DNA of 64,000 nt from Saprolegnia diclina VS20 (lineage: Eukaryota), in assembly GCF_000281045.1 (NCBI RefSeq), contig NW_008246099.1, forward strand, positions 244,372-308,371. Reading direction: 5' to 3'. The stretch's first letter is position 1. Each line of letters opens with the position of its first letter. A program made the position numbers and the translations under genes. Under the pieces are notes generated by a model. It made no database searches. It was not told the origin of the DNA and was given only the letters and a program-made list of their open reading frames with translations. This document shows, piece by piece, positions 1-9,883 of the stretch.

Positions 1-666
1 CCCCAGGGCGACGCCAGGGTATGCTCGGATCGGCGCTGCAGCCTACAGTTGCCTCATCAAGATGACGACGACTTTTGCATCTGAAGTGGCGACTACGTCA
101 CGGGGTCGGCGGTGTGCTGGGCAGCCAGCCAAGGCCACCTCGAAATCCTGGAGCTGCTTGTTGCCCACGGCCATGTCGTTCCGTCCAATGCAATCAAGGA
201 AGCCGTCGCGAACAGCCATTTGCCCGTAGTGCGTTACCTCCACGAGGGTCTCGGGCAGCGCACGAACGGCCATCGACCGATCTTGTGTGCCGTACTGAAG
301 CGCCACGTCGACACCATCGCCTACGTCTTGTCGCATGGCTTTTGGCGACCATGCGCTTGTGTCGACGGGCACACGTGCGACCTGATCGCGCTGCTGTTGG
401 AGACCACACAGAGCGGCAGCTTTGACATCTTGCAGCTCGTTTGTTATGCGTTTCACCTCCATTTACCGACGCAGGTGCCACTGGCTGTGCAAAAGCGCAT
501 GCTCGTGCGCGCGGCGTCAAGTGGCCAATTCGAGATGGCCTGGCATTTGCACGCCACCTGTGGCATTGGACGGACGCCAAGTGTCCTATACGCGGCGAGA
601 CGTCGCGGCCACAAAAAGGTGTCTCGCTATTTGGCGACGCTGATCTGCGATGCTAGCTCCATTTAG
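1..666 (+). pseudogene. 3' part of an ankyrin-repeat protein (paralog of 9884-12049) with an in-frame TGA at 82-84; possible pseudogene, begins before the window
   Basis: Frame 1 reads LPHQDDDDFCI*SGDYVTGSAVCWAASQGHLEILELLVAHG, which aligns with LPQRDGYLGNSGVDYVSGSPAHWAANQGHLEVLQLLVARG of the intact paralog. Ankyrin-like units (AVANSHLPVVRYLHE, AASSGQFEMAWHLH) run to TAG at 664-666. Confidence 0.65.
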
Positions 667-999
667 TTTTGGCGCTTTCTCTCGCTCTCCAGCAACCAAC
701 TTGTGCGGCGTTTTGATTGGATATCGATTTTTGAATCGTGTGTTTTGATTGGTGGATCTGAACGTCGTCTACCTGACATGGCCAATGGATTCGAGACGTC
801 GTGCATGATACTCGGTTCCTTGTGGTCCCGTGCAGACCATGCGCTTTCTGCTACGTCTGGTCTTATCTGGAAATTCTGTGTATTCTTTAAATACTGTGGG
901 CTCTCCGCGTTCGACAAGTCTGCGCGAATACAAATCGACGAAGCACACAAGTCAAAAGGAATGCATTTGTGCGTGTCCATGTCCAACGTACTACACGAT

Positions 1000-2327
1000 C
1001 TAGTTGGATGGGGTCTTGGACGCAATGAGCTCCTCCGTGAAGGTCCAGAGCTTGGCCGCGAGGTCCATGTCCTGACCGAGTGTCGTCGTCTCCTTCAGTT
1101 TCGCAATTGCCGTGAAATAGAGACCCGAGAGGTCTTTCTTTTCAATCTCGGGGCTCGTCGCGCAGTAGAGTTGCGTTTTGGCCCCATCGTCGGCGTTGCG
1201 CTGGAAGAGCCAAAGCGCCTTTTGCACGATCCATGGCAGCTCACGGGCGATTTCGGTCTGGACGACACCCGGGTGCAGCGAGGTGACATACACGTGGTTG
1301 ACACCCCGCGCCCGCAGCCGCTTGTGGAGCTCGCGCGCAAAGAGAATCATCGCCAGCTTGGATTGACCGTACGCCGCGTGCATGCCGTACACGGCCTCGT
1401 CGTTGATATGGTCAAAGTCAATACCCATCGTTGGCGCCAACTGGTGAAGGGCCGAGCTCACGCAGACGATCTTGGCGACCGGCGCGGCTTCCAAAAGCGG
1501 AAGCAGCCCAAGCGTGAGCGCCATGGCACCGACGTGGTTGGTCGCAAACTGCGACTCGATGCCGTCGACCGAGAGACGGAANNNNNNNNNNNNNNNNNNN
1601 NNNNNNNNNNNNNNNNNNNNNNNNNNNNNNNNNNNNNNNNNNNNNNNNNNNNNNNNNNNNNNNNNNNNNNNNNNNNNNNNNNNNNNNNNNNNNNNNNNNN
1701 NNNNNNNNNNNNNNNNNNNNNNNNNNNNNNNNNNNNNNNNNNNNNNNNNNNNNNNNNNNNNNNNNNNNNNNNNNNNNNNNNNNNNNNNNNNNNNNNNNNN
1801 NNNNNNNNNNNNNNNNNNNNNNNNNNNNNNNNNNNNNNNNNNNNNNNNNNNNNNNNNNNNNNNNNNNNNNNNNNNNNNNNNNNNNNNNNNNNNNNNNNNN
1901 NNNNNNNNNNNNNNNNNNNNNNNNNNNNNNNNNNNNNNNNNNNNNNNNNNNNNNNNNNNNNNNNNNNNNNNNNNNNNNNNNNNNNNNNNNNNNNNNNNNN
2001 NNNNNNNNNNNNNNNNNNNNNNNNNNNNNNNNNNNNNNNNNNNNNNNNNNNNNNNNNNNNNNNNNNNNNNNNNNNNNNNNNNNNNNNNNNNNNNNNNNNN
2101 NNNNNNNNNNNNNNNNNNNNNNNNNNNNNNNNNNNNNNNNNNNNNNNNNNNNNNNNNNNNNNNNNNNNNNNNNNNNNNNNNNNNNNNNNNNNNNNNNNNN
2201 NNNNNNNNNNNNNNNNNNNNNNNNNNNNNNNNNNNNNNNNNNNNNNNNNNNNNNNNNNNNNNNNNNNNNNNNNNNNNNNNNCGACTTGGCCGGTGAGGTC
2301 GGGAATGTCGCTGAAGGAAAAGGTCAT
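1000..2327 (-). CDS. Short-chain dehydrogenase/reductase (retinol dehydrogenase/WWOX-like), copy 1; middle hidden by an N gap
   Basis: N-terminus MTFSFSDIPDLTGQV. After the gap: DGIESQFATNHVG, IVCVSS, catalytic YGQSK, LHPGVVQT, GAKTQLYCATSP, AAKLWTFTEEL. The NAD(P)-binding glycine motif would fall in the gap. Confidence 0.9.
1582..2281. other. Assembly gap (700 N)
   Basis: Run of N. Confidence 1.
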
Positions 2328-2343
2328 TGTTGTTGGAAGGAGG

Positions 2344-2358
2344 TAAATTGAGAAGTGA
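2344..2358 (-). promoter_or_regulatory. Oomycete Inr-FPR core promoter of SDR copy 1
   Basis: The minus strand reads TCACTTCTCAATTTA, ending about 17 nt before the ATG and matching the oomycete initiator/FPR consensus (YCAYTYYNCAWTTY-like). A CCAAT box (GATTGG on +) lies at about 2544. Confidence 0.7.
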
Positions 2359-3161
2359 TTGCAAACGACATACTCGTGCACATGGATCCGGCCGCGGTGC
2401 ACGTATAAGGTTGCTGACGGTACAGAGCTCTTAAGCAGCGGATTACTATGTAGTATATATTCTAGAGGTGGTCGTATACGTGGCAATTCCATATGGGAGT
2501 ATAAAGGGTTGCAACATTGAAAGCATTTAAAGCGCGCATGTTGATTGGTTGGTTCAAAGCATGTCATGGTTGACGAAGACCGATGGGGTGTAAACGCAAT
2601 TCATTAACCGCTCGCGAAGACGCTGCTCGTCATGCCCAGAGATCCAACGAATTCATCGACCAATAGAGATTGCGCAAGAGTATGTTGTGTCTGTTTCAAG
2701 CCGGCGGAGCCAGGAGCGCCGTGGGACAAGGTGCTGACTCGGGCACTCGTGGTGAGCGAGGAGCCGAAGAAGGTGATGGAGAGCCATCTGCCCGGGCTTT
2801 TGAACGAGGTTGTGGTGCAAGTGCATTTGAGCGACCGCCGCCTTGACGACAATCGTCCAGGGACTTGGCAGTGGTACTGTAGGTCGGCGCGAAAGACGCG
2901 ATCGTTGCGGACGCGCCAATGTTCGGTGGATGTCACTGCAGCGAACTACATTCAAAACGAAATGTGAATACAGATCCAACGACACGAGATAGAGGCGGCG
3001 GGTCCATGTTGAACGACGACCGGTACATTTTGTTGCTTCAACGCACCTTGCGCAGCGCACTTTTGTCAATGTTTCATCCACACTTCAACATGCAGAATGT
3101 ACTAGGTAGGCATTCCCCAGACATGATAAAACAATACTATTAACAATTACGATGAAGATGT

Positions 3162-3740
3162 CTAGTTGTCGGGGGTTTTGGACGCGATCAATTCTTTAGT
3201 ATACGTCCAGAGCTTGGCCGCGAGGTCCATGTCTTGGCCGAGCGCGGTGGTCTCGTTGAGTTTCGCGATCGGCGTAAAGTATTTGGCCGAGACGTTCTTC
3301 GTCTCAATCTCGGGGCTCGCCGCGCAGTAGAGTTGCGTTTTCGCTCCGTCGTCGGCAGTGCGCTGGAAGAACCAAATGACCTTTTGCACGATCCACGAAT
3401 ACTCGCGGAAGAGCTCGGTCTGGACGACACCCGGGTGCAGCGCGTTGACGTACACGTGGTTGACACCCCGCGCCCGCAGCCGCTTGTGCAGCTCCCGCGC
3501 AAAGAGGATCGTCGCCAGCTTGGATTGACCGTACGCCGTGTGCTTGTTGTACACGGTCTCATCGTTGATGTGGTCAAAGTTGATGCCCACCTTTGGCGCC
3601 ATCTGGTGAGCCGCCGAGCTCACGCAGACGATCTTGGCGACCGGCGCGGCTTCCAAAAGCGGAAGCAGCCCAAGCGTGAGCGCCATGACGCCGACGTGGT
3701 TGGTCGCAAACTGCGACTCGATGCCGTCGACCGAGAGACG
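3162..3740 (-). CDS. Short-chain dehydrogenase/reductase, copy 2 (3' part; 5' part in gap)
   Basis: Close paralog of copy 1: FATNHVG, AYGQSKLA, LHPGVVQT, GAKTQLYCAASP, ending SKTPDN*. Confidence 0.9.
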   Translation of the reverse strand, partial: RLSVDGIESQFATNHVGVMALTLGLLPLLEAAPVAKIVCVSSAAHQMAPKVGINFDHINDETVYNKHTAYGQSKLATILFARELHKRLRARGVNHVYVNALHPGVVQTELFREYSWIVQKVIWFFQRTADDGAKTQLYCAASPEIETKNVSAKYFTPIAKLNETTALGQDMDLAAKLWTYTKELIASKTPDN

Positions 3741-4040
3741 NNNNNNNNNNNNNNNNNNNNNNNNNNNNNNNNNNNNNNNNNNNNNNNNNNNNNNNNNNNN
3801 NNNNNNNNNNNNNNNNNNNNNNNNNNNNNNNNNNNNNNNNNNNNNNNNNNNNNNNNNNNNNNNNNNNNNNNNNNNNNNNNNNNNNNNNNNNNNNNNNNNN
3901 NNNNNNNNNNNNNNNNNNNNNNNNNNNNNNNNNNNNNNNNNNNNNNNNNNNNNNNNNNNNNNNNNNNNNNNNNNNNNNNNNNNNNNNNNNNNNNNNNNNN
4001 NNNNNNNNNNNNNNNNNNNNNNNNNNNNNNNNNNNNNNNN
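3741..4040. other. Assembly gap (300 N)
   Basis: Run of N. Confidence 1.
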
Positions 4041-5852
4041 GTTCACGCAATGGCGGATTAGTATGGAGGTTTTGATGAGTATGAGTGTAATCGCTTCGTA
4101 CCAGCGTTTGATTGGTTGGCACTATTTGAAGCGCGCATTGTGATTGGTTGACGAAACCGTGTATCTTTTTTGAAGCGGTGTGTGCGATAGCGACGAGCAA
4201 CGTCGTCGCACGCTCAGGGACAAAGCCATTCGCGACAAGACGCTGGTCGCTGGATCCGAGCGAGCACCAATCTGTCTCGAGCGCACAACTCTAGTCATGC
4301 TGATATTGGCAATGCTCATAAAGACAGACCTCGAAATGCGGCTCGATTGTCCGTCTCAGGGCACCATTTTGTGGTCGTGGGCACCATTGATCACGTCATT
4401 TCCATCATTATATCGACCGACACCTGTCTGCCTACGAATTCGCATTTTAACATGTTAATTCGATCGCATGGTGGGCCATTCATCGCCGACGCGACTGGAG
4501 ATGCAGGAGATGCAGGCTGGCTCCAGCAGAGTTTCTCGTGCTTCGATAGCCTTGCGTCGCGTCTCGAACTCGGTTTTTGCGCCATACTAGATCGTTGCCC
4601 TTCGCGTCAACGCGCGAAGGCCGCCAGTGCGACTTGACACCGCTGTTTGAACGACGGCACCCTTGGGACTTTCGAGAGCCGTCTCCATCGCACTGCCAAT
4701 GCCCGCGAGCTGTTGCTCGGACGCAACCGACTCGGAAAGGTCGGCGACCATAGAAGCATAGAGGTCATCAATATCGTCGGCACTTGTAGAAGCCAGTTGA
4801 TGGAGGAACTGCTCAAAGGTCGGCCGGTAGCTTCTATTTTACGTCAGGGCGAAAAGCTGCGCAAAGTTGTCGTGTTCGAAAGCATGGTCGTGCGCCCGTA
4901 CCGTGTACGTGCGACAAGCGCCATTTCAAGCCGTCGACCTGAGTCAAAAGAGTAAGAACGCTTTGTGCAACCCAAAGAGTCTCGACGCATAACACGACAT
5001 TTCTCAGCATCCCATTGGACGACTGCGATCGTCGTTGTATAGAAATGTTATGGCAACTCATACTAGTAAGCCGTAGCACCTATTTCCGTGTCTGGCTTTG
5101 GGCCCAAGTGCCTTTGTGGCGCATGGTGTTGAGAACGCTCTATCGTTCGCTGTGGCCTTCTTGAGCAGTGCTGATGCGTTTCGAGTCGTCGTAGAGCTAG
5201 AAAAGGGTGGCGGTGACTGTATAATATGCAGTCATCGCTTACGAACTGCCAGTCAGCTATCAAGGGTATATAAGAGATGCATCTCTTATATACCCTTGCA
5301 GCTATTGATACCCACTATTATCGTACGGCGTTGGACGTCAAATTTGTTGACACCTAACCCTACAATTGCAGACCTGCAGGTGGCGCTACTTTGGCCGACG
5401 ACGGAGTCTTGGTACCGCCTCGATGGCATGTAATGATCATCGCCAAACTGTTGTGGATACCGGTGCATCGCATAACGATAGCTTTTGGTCGCCTACTTCA
5501 TCACTCGGACCGCCGAAACCTGTATTGGTGTCGCCATGACTGACGATTTCGTCTCGGCGACGCACAGCAATGAGATAGAGATGCGCCGTAGAGATAGGAA
5601 AATGTGATTAACACCAGTGTCATACACAATATTGTGAGCTTTTACACGCATAGTCCGTTGCCAATCATCACAACTAGATCGATGGCAGTATGCTGCAGAG
5701 TGCAGTTTGCCGTATCTTCCATCCACTAGTGTGATGTTTTGACATACCTAATGTATAGGTATGTCGAAACATCACACTAAACATCCAAGGACTAGGGTTT
5801 GGTGGATGGCCAAAGACAATGCGACACCGACGCCGGTGCTTGGACACGGTGT
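4041..5852. repeat. Unit A of a duplicated intergenic segment (SDR2 to HVA22 interval)
   Basis: Starts GTTCACGCAATGGCGGATTAG, identical to 5953. 4242-4655 matches 6441-6875 and about 5675-5852 matches about 6878-7028. Confidence 0.85.
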
Positions 5853-5952
5853 NNNNNNNNNNNNNNNNNNNNNNNNNNNNNNNNNNNNNNNNNNNNNNNN
5901 NNNNNNNNNNNNNNNNNNNNNNNNNNNNNNNNNNNNNNNNNNNNNNNNNNNN
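5853..5952. other. Assembly gap (100 N)
   Basis: Run of N. Confidence 1.
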
Positions 5953-7034
5953 GTTCACGCAATGGCGGATTAGTATGGAGGTTTTGATGAGTATGAGTGT
6001 AATCGCTTCGTACCAGCGTTTGATTGGTTGGCACTATTTGAAGCGCGAATTATGATTGGTTGACGAAACGGTGTATCTTTCTTGAAGCGATGTGTCACGA
6101 CGAGCAACGTCGTCGCACGCTTTTCTTTGCTAGGGACGAAGACATTCATGACAAGATCGAACATGTATAGCAAAAATTGACGCTATGATGGGGACCATGA
6201 TGTTATACGGATGCATTGGTCGATCGACGAGACGAAACGCGGTGGCTGTTGTGCTTGAGAGACTAGCCAAAACGGCTTCGTTATCACAACTGGAACTAGG
6301 CAGCACACGAAAGTTTATGAAGATTGTTGTCGTACAGAACACGTGGTGTGTGCAAAGAAGCATTTACGACATAAGAATACATGCCCCGCTATCAACCTCA
6401 ACTTTGCACTTTGAAAGCACTGGCTACAACGGCTTCACCGCGCTGGTCGCTGGATCCGAGCGAGCACCAATCTGTTTCGAGCGCACGACTCTAGTCATGC
6501 CGATATTGACAATGCACATAAGACAGTCCTAGAAATTGGTTCGATAGTCCCTCTGAGGGCACAATTTGGTGGTTGATCACGTCATTTCCATCAGTTAATC
6601 GACCGACACATGTCTGCCTACGAATTCGCAGGCCAAATGTTAATTCGATCGCAAAGTGTGCCATCCATCGCCGACGTGACTGGAGATGCACGTACACTCG
6701 CGACGGCTTCCATCAAAGGAAAGAATTGGCTTGCATCAGAGGAGCGTACTTTCTCCCGCTTCGATGGCCTTGCGTCGCGTTTGCGACTTGCTTTTTGCGC
6801 AATACGATGTCGTTGCCCTTCGCGTCAACGCGCAATGGCCGCCAGTGTGACGTGACGCCGCTGTTTCCAACGACGACCGATCGATGCCTAGCGTGGGCAG
6901 TCGGTTGCAGATTCCCGTATCTTCCATCCACTAGGTATTTCGAAACATCACACTAAACATCCAAGGACTAGGGTTTGGTGGATGGCCAAAGACAATGCGA
7001 CACCGACGCCGGTGCTTGGACACGGTGTCGCGGT
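5953..7034. repeat. Unit B of the duplicated intergenic segment
   Basis: Same start and nearly the same end as unit A, with substitutions and two large indels. Its terminal ~90 bp recurs again at 7135-7223. Confidence 0.85.
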
Positions 7035-7134
7035 NNNNNNNNNNNNNNNNNNNNNNNNNNNNNNNNNNNNNNNNNNNNNNNNNNNNNNNNNNNNNNNNNN
7101 NNNNNNNNNNNNNNNNNNNNNNNNNNNNNNNNNN
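7035..7134. other. Assembly gap (100 N)
   Basis: Run of N. Confidence 1.
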
Positions 7135-7375
7135 TCGAAACATCACACTAAACATCCAAGGACTAGGGTTTGGTGGATGGCCAAAGACAATGCGACACCG
7201 ACGCCGGTGCTTGGACACGGTGTTGCGGTACCGCTTCAACGTATTTCTGCCCCGTTTTTGCGCCACAAGCTTCAATTATACTCTGAAACATGATATTGGA
7301 CGGGCCCGCGGCCCATTGCAGGTCAAGAACCTCTCAAAGTGCATTTGCCGATTCTTGAAACCCACCGACAGCAGC

Positions 7376-8932
7376 ATGCGCGTCCGGCGGACCACCGGTG
7401 TCCTCGCACTCGTCGCCGCCATGTCGGTCCATGCACATACGCCTAGCACGGCCTCGCCGCCAGATGTAGCCGCTCACTGCGCCGCGCCCAACTCGGCGGC
7501 GATGGCCGAATCCGTGCTCCTGCAGACCTGCACGACGACACGCGAGAGCGGGCCAACGTCGATGCGCGCTCTTGTCGGTGCCTACGTGCCGCTCGACGAC
7601 ATCGTCAATGGCCTCGATGCTCTCTTTGCCCTGCCCGAGCTCTCAACCAACATCGATGTGGCCGAAGTCGCCCATGCGCTTTCCGACGCTGTCGTCGCGT
7701 CGTGGGCTGCCTTTGTCACGTGGTGGTCGTTTGCCAAGCTACTGCTCGTACCGCTCTTGGCATACCTCGTCCTTGTCGTCGATGTCTTGATGCCGCACGC
7801 CAAAACATGCGCGCTGGCGCTCTACGATGCGTTCCTGGACCTCGACCTCGAGGTGCAAGTCGGCCTCGTGAGCGTCATGCTCTTCGTGTACTTGGCGCTC
7901 CGGCGCGGCTACTATCGCAAGTTCATCAAGCTCTACCTCCGGCTTCGCGCGACCTTGCGCCGGGCGTACCACCGCGCCCTGTCGCAAGTGTTCGCCAAGT
8001 CCAAGCTCGCGGGCATGGCGCTGCCGCACGTATTTTTTGCCGTCGCCGCCTACGTCCTGCTGCAAGTCGACGCGATCGTCTTTTTGATTGGCCACGAAAA
8101 CGTTCTCATCTTCCTAGCGCGCTGGCTGCCGGTCTTCAAGTCGATGCAAACGGTCTTTTTGCGGCGCCGAAAAGCACTCACCGAGCCGCTCACGCCCACC
8201 GACGACGAGTACCTCGAGCAATGCCTGCACGTCTGGATCCCGTGGGCGTTCTACCACACCAGCGTCAGCCTTCTCTCGCTCGCACTGCCGTCGTTTGTCC
8301 TCTCCATGTGCTCGATGTCGCTCCTCCCGACCAACGTGTTTTTGCTCTGGCTGTACCTCCCGCTCACGCGCGGCTACCGCGTCGTGTACGCCGCCATTGC
8401 CGCGTACATGCACCCGTTTGCCAACCGGCTGCCAGTCAACGGCGAAGGCGACGAGCACGCGTCGTCCAACATGGTGCTGCGCGCCCTGACCGCGATGGGC
8501 GCGCTCTCGGTGCGGTCGGCCAACTTTTTGCGGGACTTGCGCGCCCAAGGCCCGGCGCTGCTCGGGCTGCTCTTCCTTGGGACGCCCGGGTTTCTCACGA
8601 TCCGGGGTTGCGATTTGATTGCGCTAGCGTTTCCGGCGTACGTGGCCATGGGCACGTTAGCGCTCGGGCACCGCCGCACGCACGAGTGGTGGGTGTGCTA
8701 CTTTACAGTCGTTGCGATCGTCGAGGCGCTCTACGCTTCACTCGAAGTTGTCTTTTGGTGGGTGCCCTTCTTCTACCATACCAAGTTGCTCCTCCTGCTC
8801 TGGCTTCAATTCCCGTACTTTCATGGCGCGCAAGTGGTCTTTGACGCGGTGTTCCACAGCGTCTTTATCTTGCGCCCGCGACGCCCTCGTCTGGTGGTCG
8901 ACACCACCGTGCTCTCGGAGGCTGCCACGTAA
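7376..8932 (+). CDS. Membrane protein with two TB2/DP1/HVA22 (REEP-like) domains and a hydrophobic N-terminal region
   Basis: Intronless ORF from MRVRRTTGVLALVAAMSVHA. The C-terminal HEWWVCYFTVVAIVEALY...WVPFFYHTKLLLLLWLQFPYFHGAQVVFD is HVA22-like. An earlier divergent copy reads LPVFKSMQ...EQCLHVWIPWAFY...FLLWLYLPLTRGYRVVY. Confidence 0.8.
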   Translation: MRVRRTTGVLALVAAMSVHAHTPSTASPPDVAAHCAAPNSAAMAESVLLQTCTTTRESGPTSMRALVGAYVPLDDIVNGLDALFALPELSTNIDVAEVAHALSDAVVASWAAFVTWWSFAKLLLVPLLAYLVLVVDVLMPHAKTCALALYDAFLDLDLEVQVGLVSVMLFVYLALRRGYYRKFIKLYLRLRATLRRAYHRALSQVFAKSKLAGMALPHVFFAVAAYVLLQVDAIVFLIGHENVLIFLARWLPVFKSMQTVFLRRRKALTEPLTPTDDEYLEQCLHVWIPWAFYHTSVSLLSLALPSFVLSMCSMSLLPTNVFLLWLYLPLTRGYRVVYAAIAAYMHPFANRLPVNGEGDEHASSNMVLRALTAMGALSVRSANFLRDLRAQGPALLGLLFLGTPGFLTIRGCDLIALAFPAYVAMGTLALGHRRTHEWWVCYFTVVAIVEALYASLEVVFWWVPFFYHTKLLLLLWLQFPYFHGAQVVFDAVFHSVFILRPRRPRLVVDTTVLSEAAT

Positions 8933-9378
8933 TGGGCCGTCAATACACCCTATGTACTCTACCATTGCATAAGTGTCTTTGGGTGCATGCTAGAGGAAAT
9001 TTGTTTAATATGGCATGACGGCGTTCATAGGTTGTGCTGCCACGTATGCAGTGCGGTCGCTGCCCAGATGTCTCCTCGACGCTCGGCAATAGCGTTAACA
9101 TTAGGAGGGTCGGTGAGTAGAGCATCCCGCTTCCCATAGCGAGCGGCGACTGTGGTGAGTGTGCACCACACTGAGGACACGTCCCGCTTCGGCTTAGCTT
9201 TTAGCCCGGAGCTTCCGGCGTCCCGGCAATTTGCGTGACCAGCTTGTTTTAGTTTTATCCGGAAATATGTACGGATAAACACCTCGGGTGACAAACTATC
9301 AACGGCACAACCATCATTCTGCTGGGGCGATGACAACCCGATCAAAAGCCGCATGACGTCATTTGCCCATTAGCGACG

Positions 9379-9605
9379 ATGGCCTCGCCCGTGCTCCGGT
9401 CGCCCGACCTTTTCGCAGCGATGGCGACGTACCAAGATGGACTACCGCAAGATTTGGCAGATCTCGAGCGCCTTGCCGAAGCCGTCGAGCTCACACCGTG
9501 CTCGCAGGTCATCAACGAAGAACAAACGGGGTACCTCGCCCACGTCCCCGCCCGGTTTGCGACATCACCGTACCTCCAGCGCTACCCGCACCCGACGACG
9601 AAGCT
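9379..9605 (+). CDS. 5' fragment of an ankyrin-repeat paralog, cut by a gap
   Basis: MASPVLRSPDLFAAMATYQDGLPQDLA...PYLQRYPHPTTK matches the N-terminus of 9884-12049 (MASSVLRSPELKETIVSYQEGLPQDLA...PYLQRFPHPTTK). Confidence 0.75.
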
Positions 9606-9705
9606 NNNNNNNNNNNNNNNNNNNNNNNNNNNNNNNNNNNNNNNNNNNNNNNNNNNNNNNNNNNNNNNNNNNNNNNNNNNNNNNNNNNNNNNNNNNNNNN
9701 NNNNN
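9606..9705. other. Assembly gap (100 N)
   Basis: Run of N. Confidence 1.
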
Positions 9706-9883
9706 GAGTTTATACACCCTTGCTTTCTCAACCCGTCGTTGACAGGATATCGGTGGGTTGTCGTCATAACGCGATCAATCTGGTTCAGGAAGGTGTCGCG
9801 CGGTCGGCTTCTGCGGCGGAGAAGAGCGTCCTCAGTATTGTTTTCGCGCCAACGACCAAACGCAAACGCCATTATTGGCGACG

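Noticed and set aside
82..84. Selenocysteine or programmed readthrough at the ankyrin TGA
   Set aside because: The paralog has no Cys at this position, the family is not redox-active and I could not identify a SECIS.
2632..2967. 111-aa ORF between the SDR copies
   Set aside because: Partly protein-like but with no recognisable domain or supporting signals; may be a relic.
5792..5802. Telomere-like CTAGGGTTTGG in the repeated unit ends
   Set aside because: A single imperfect unit per copy, not a TTTAGGG array.
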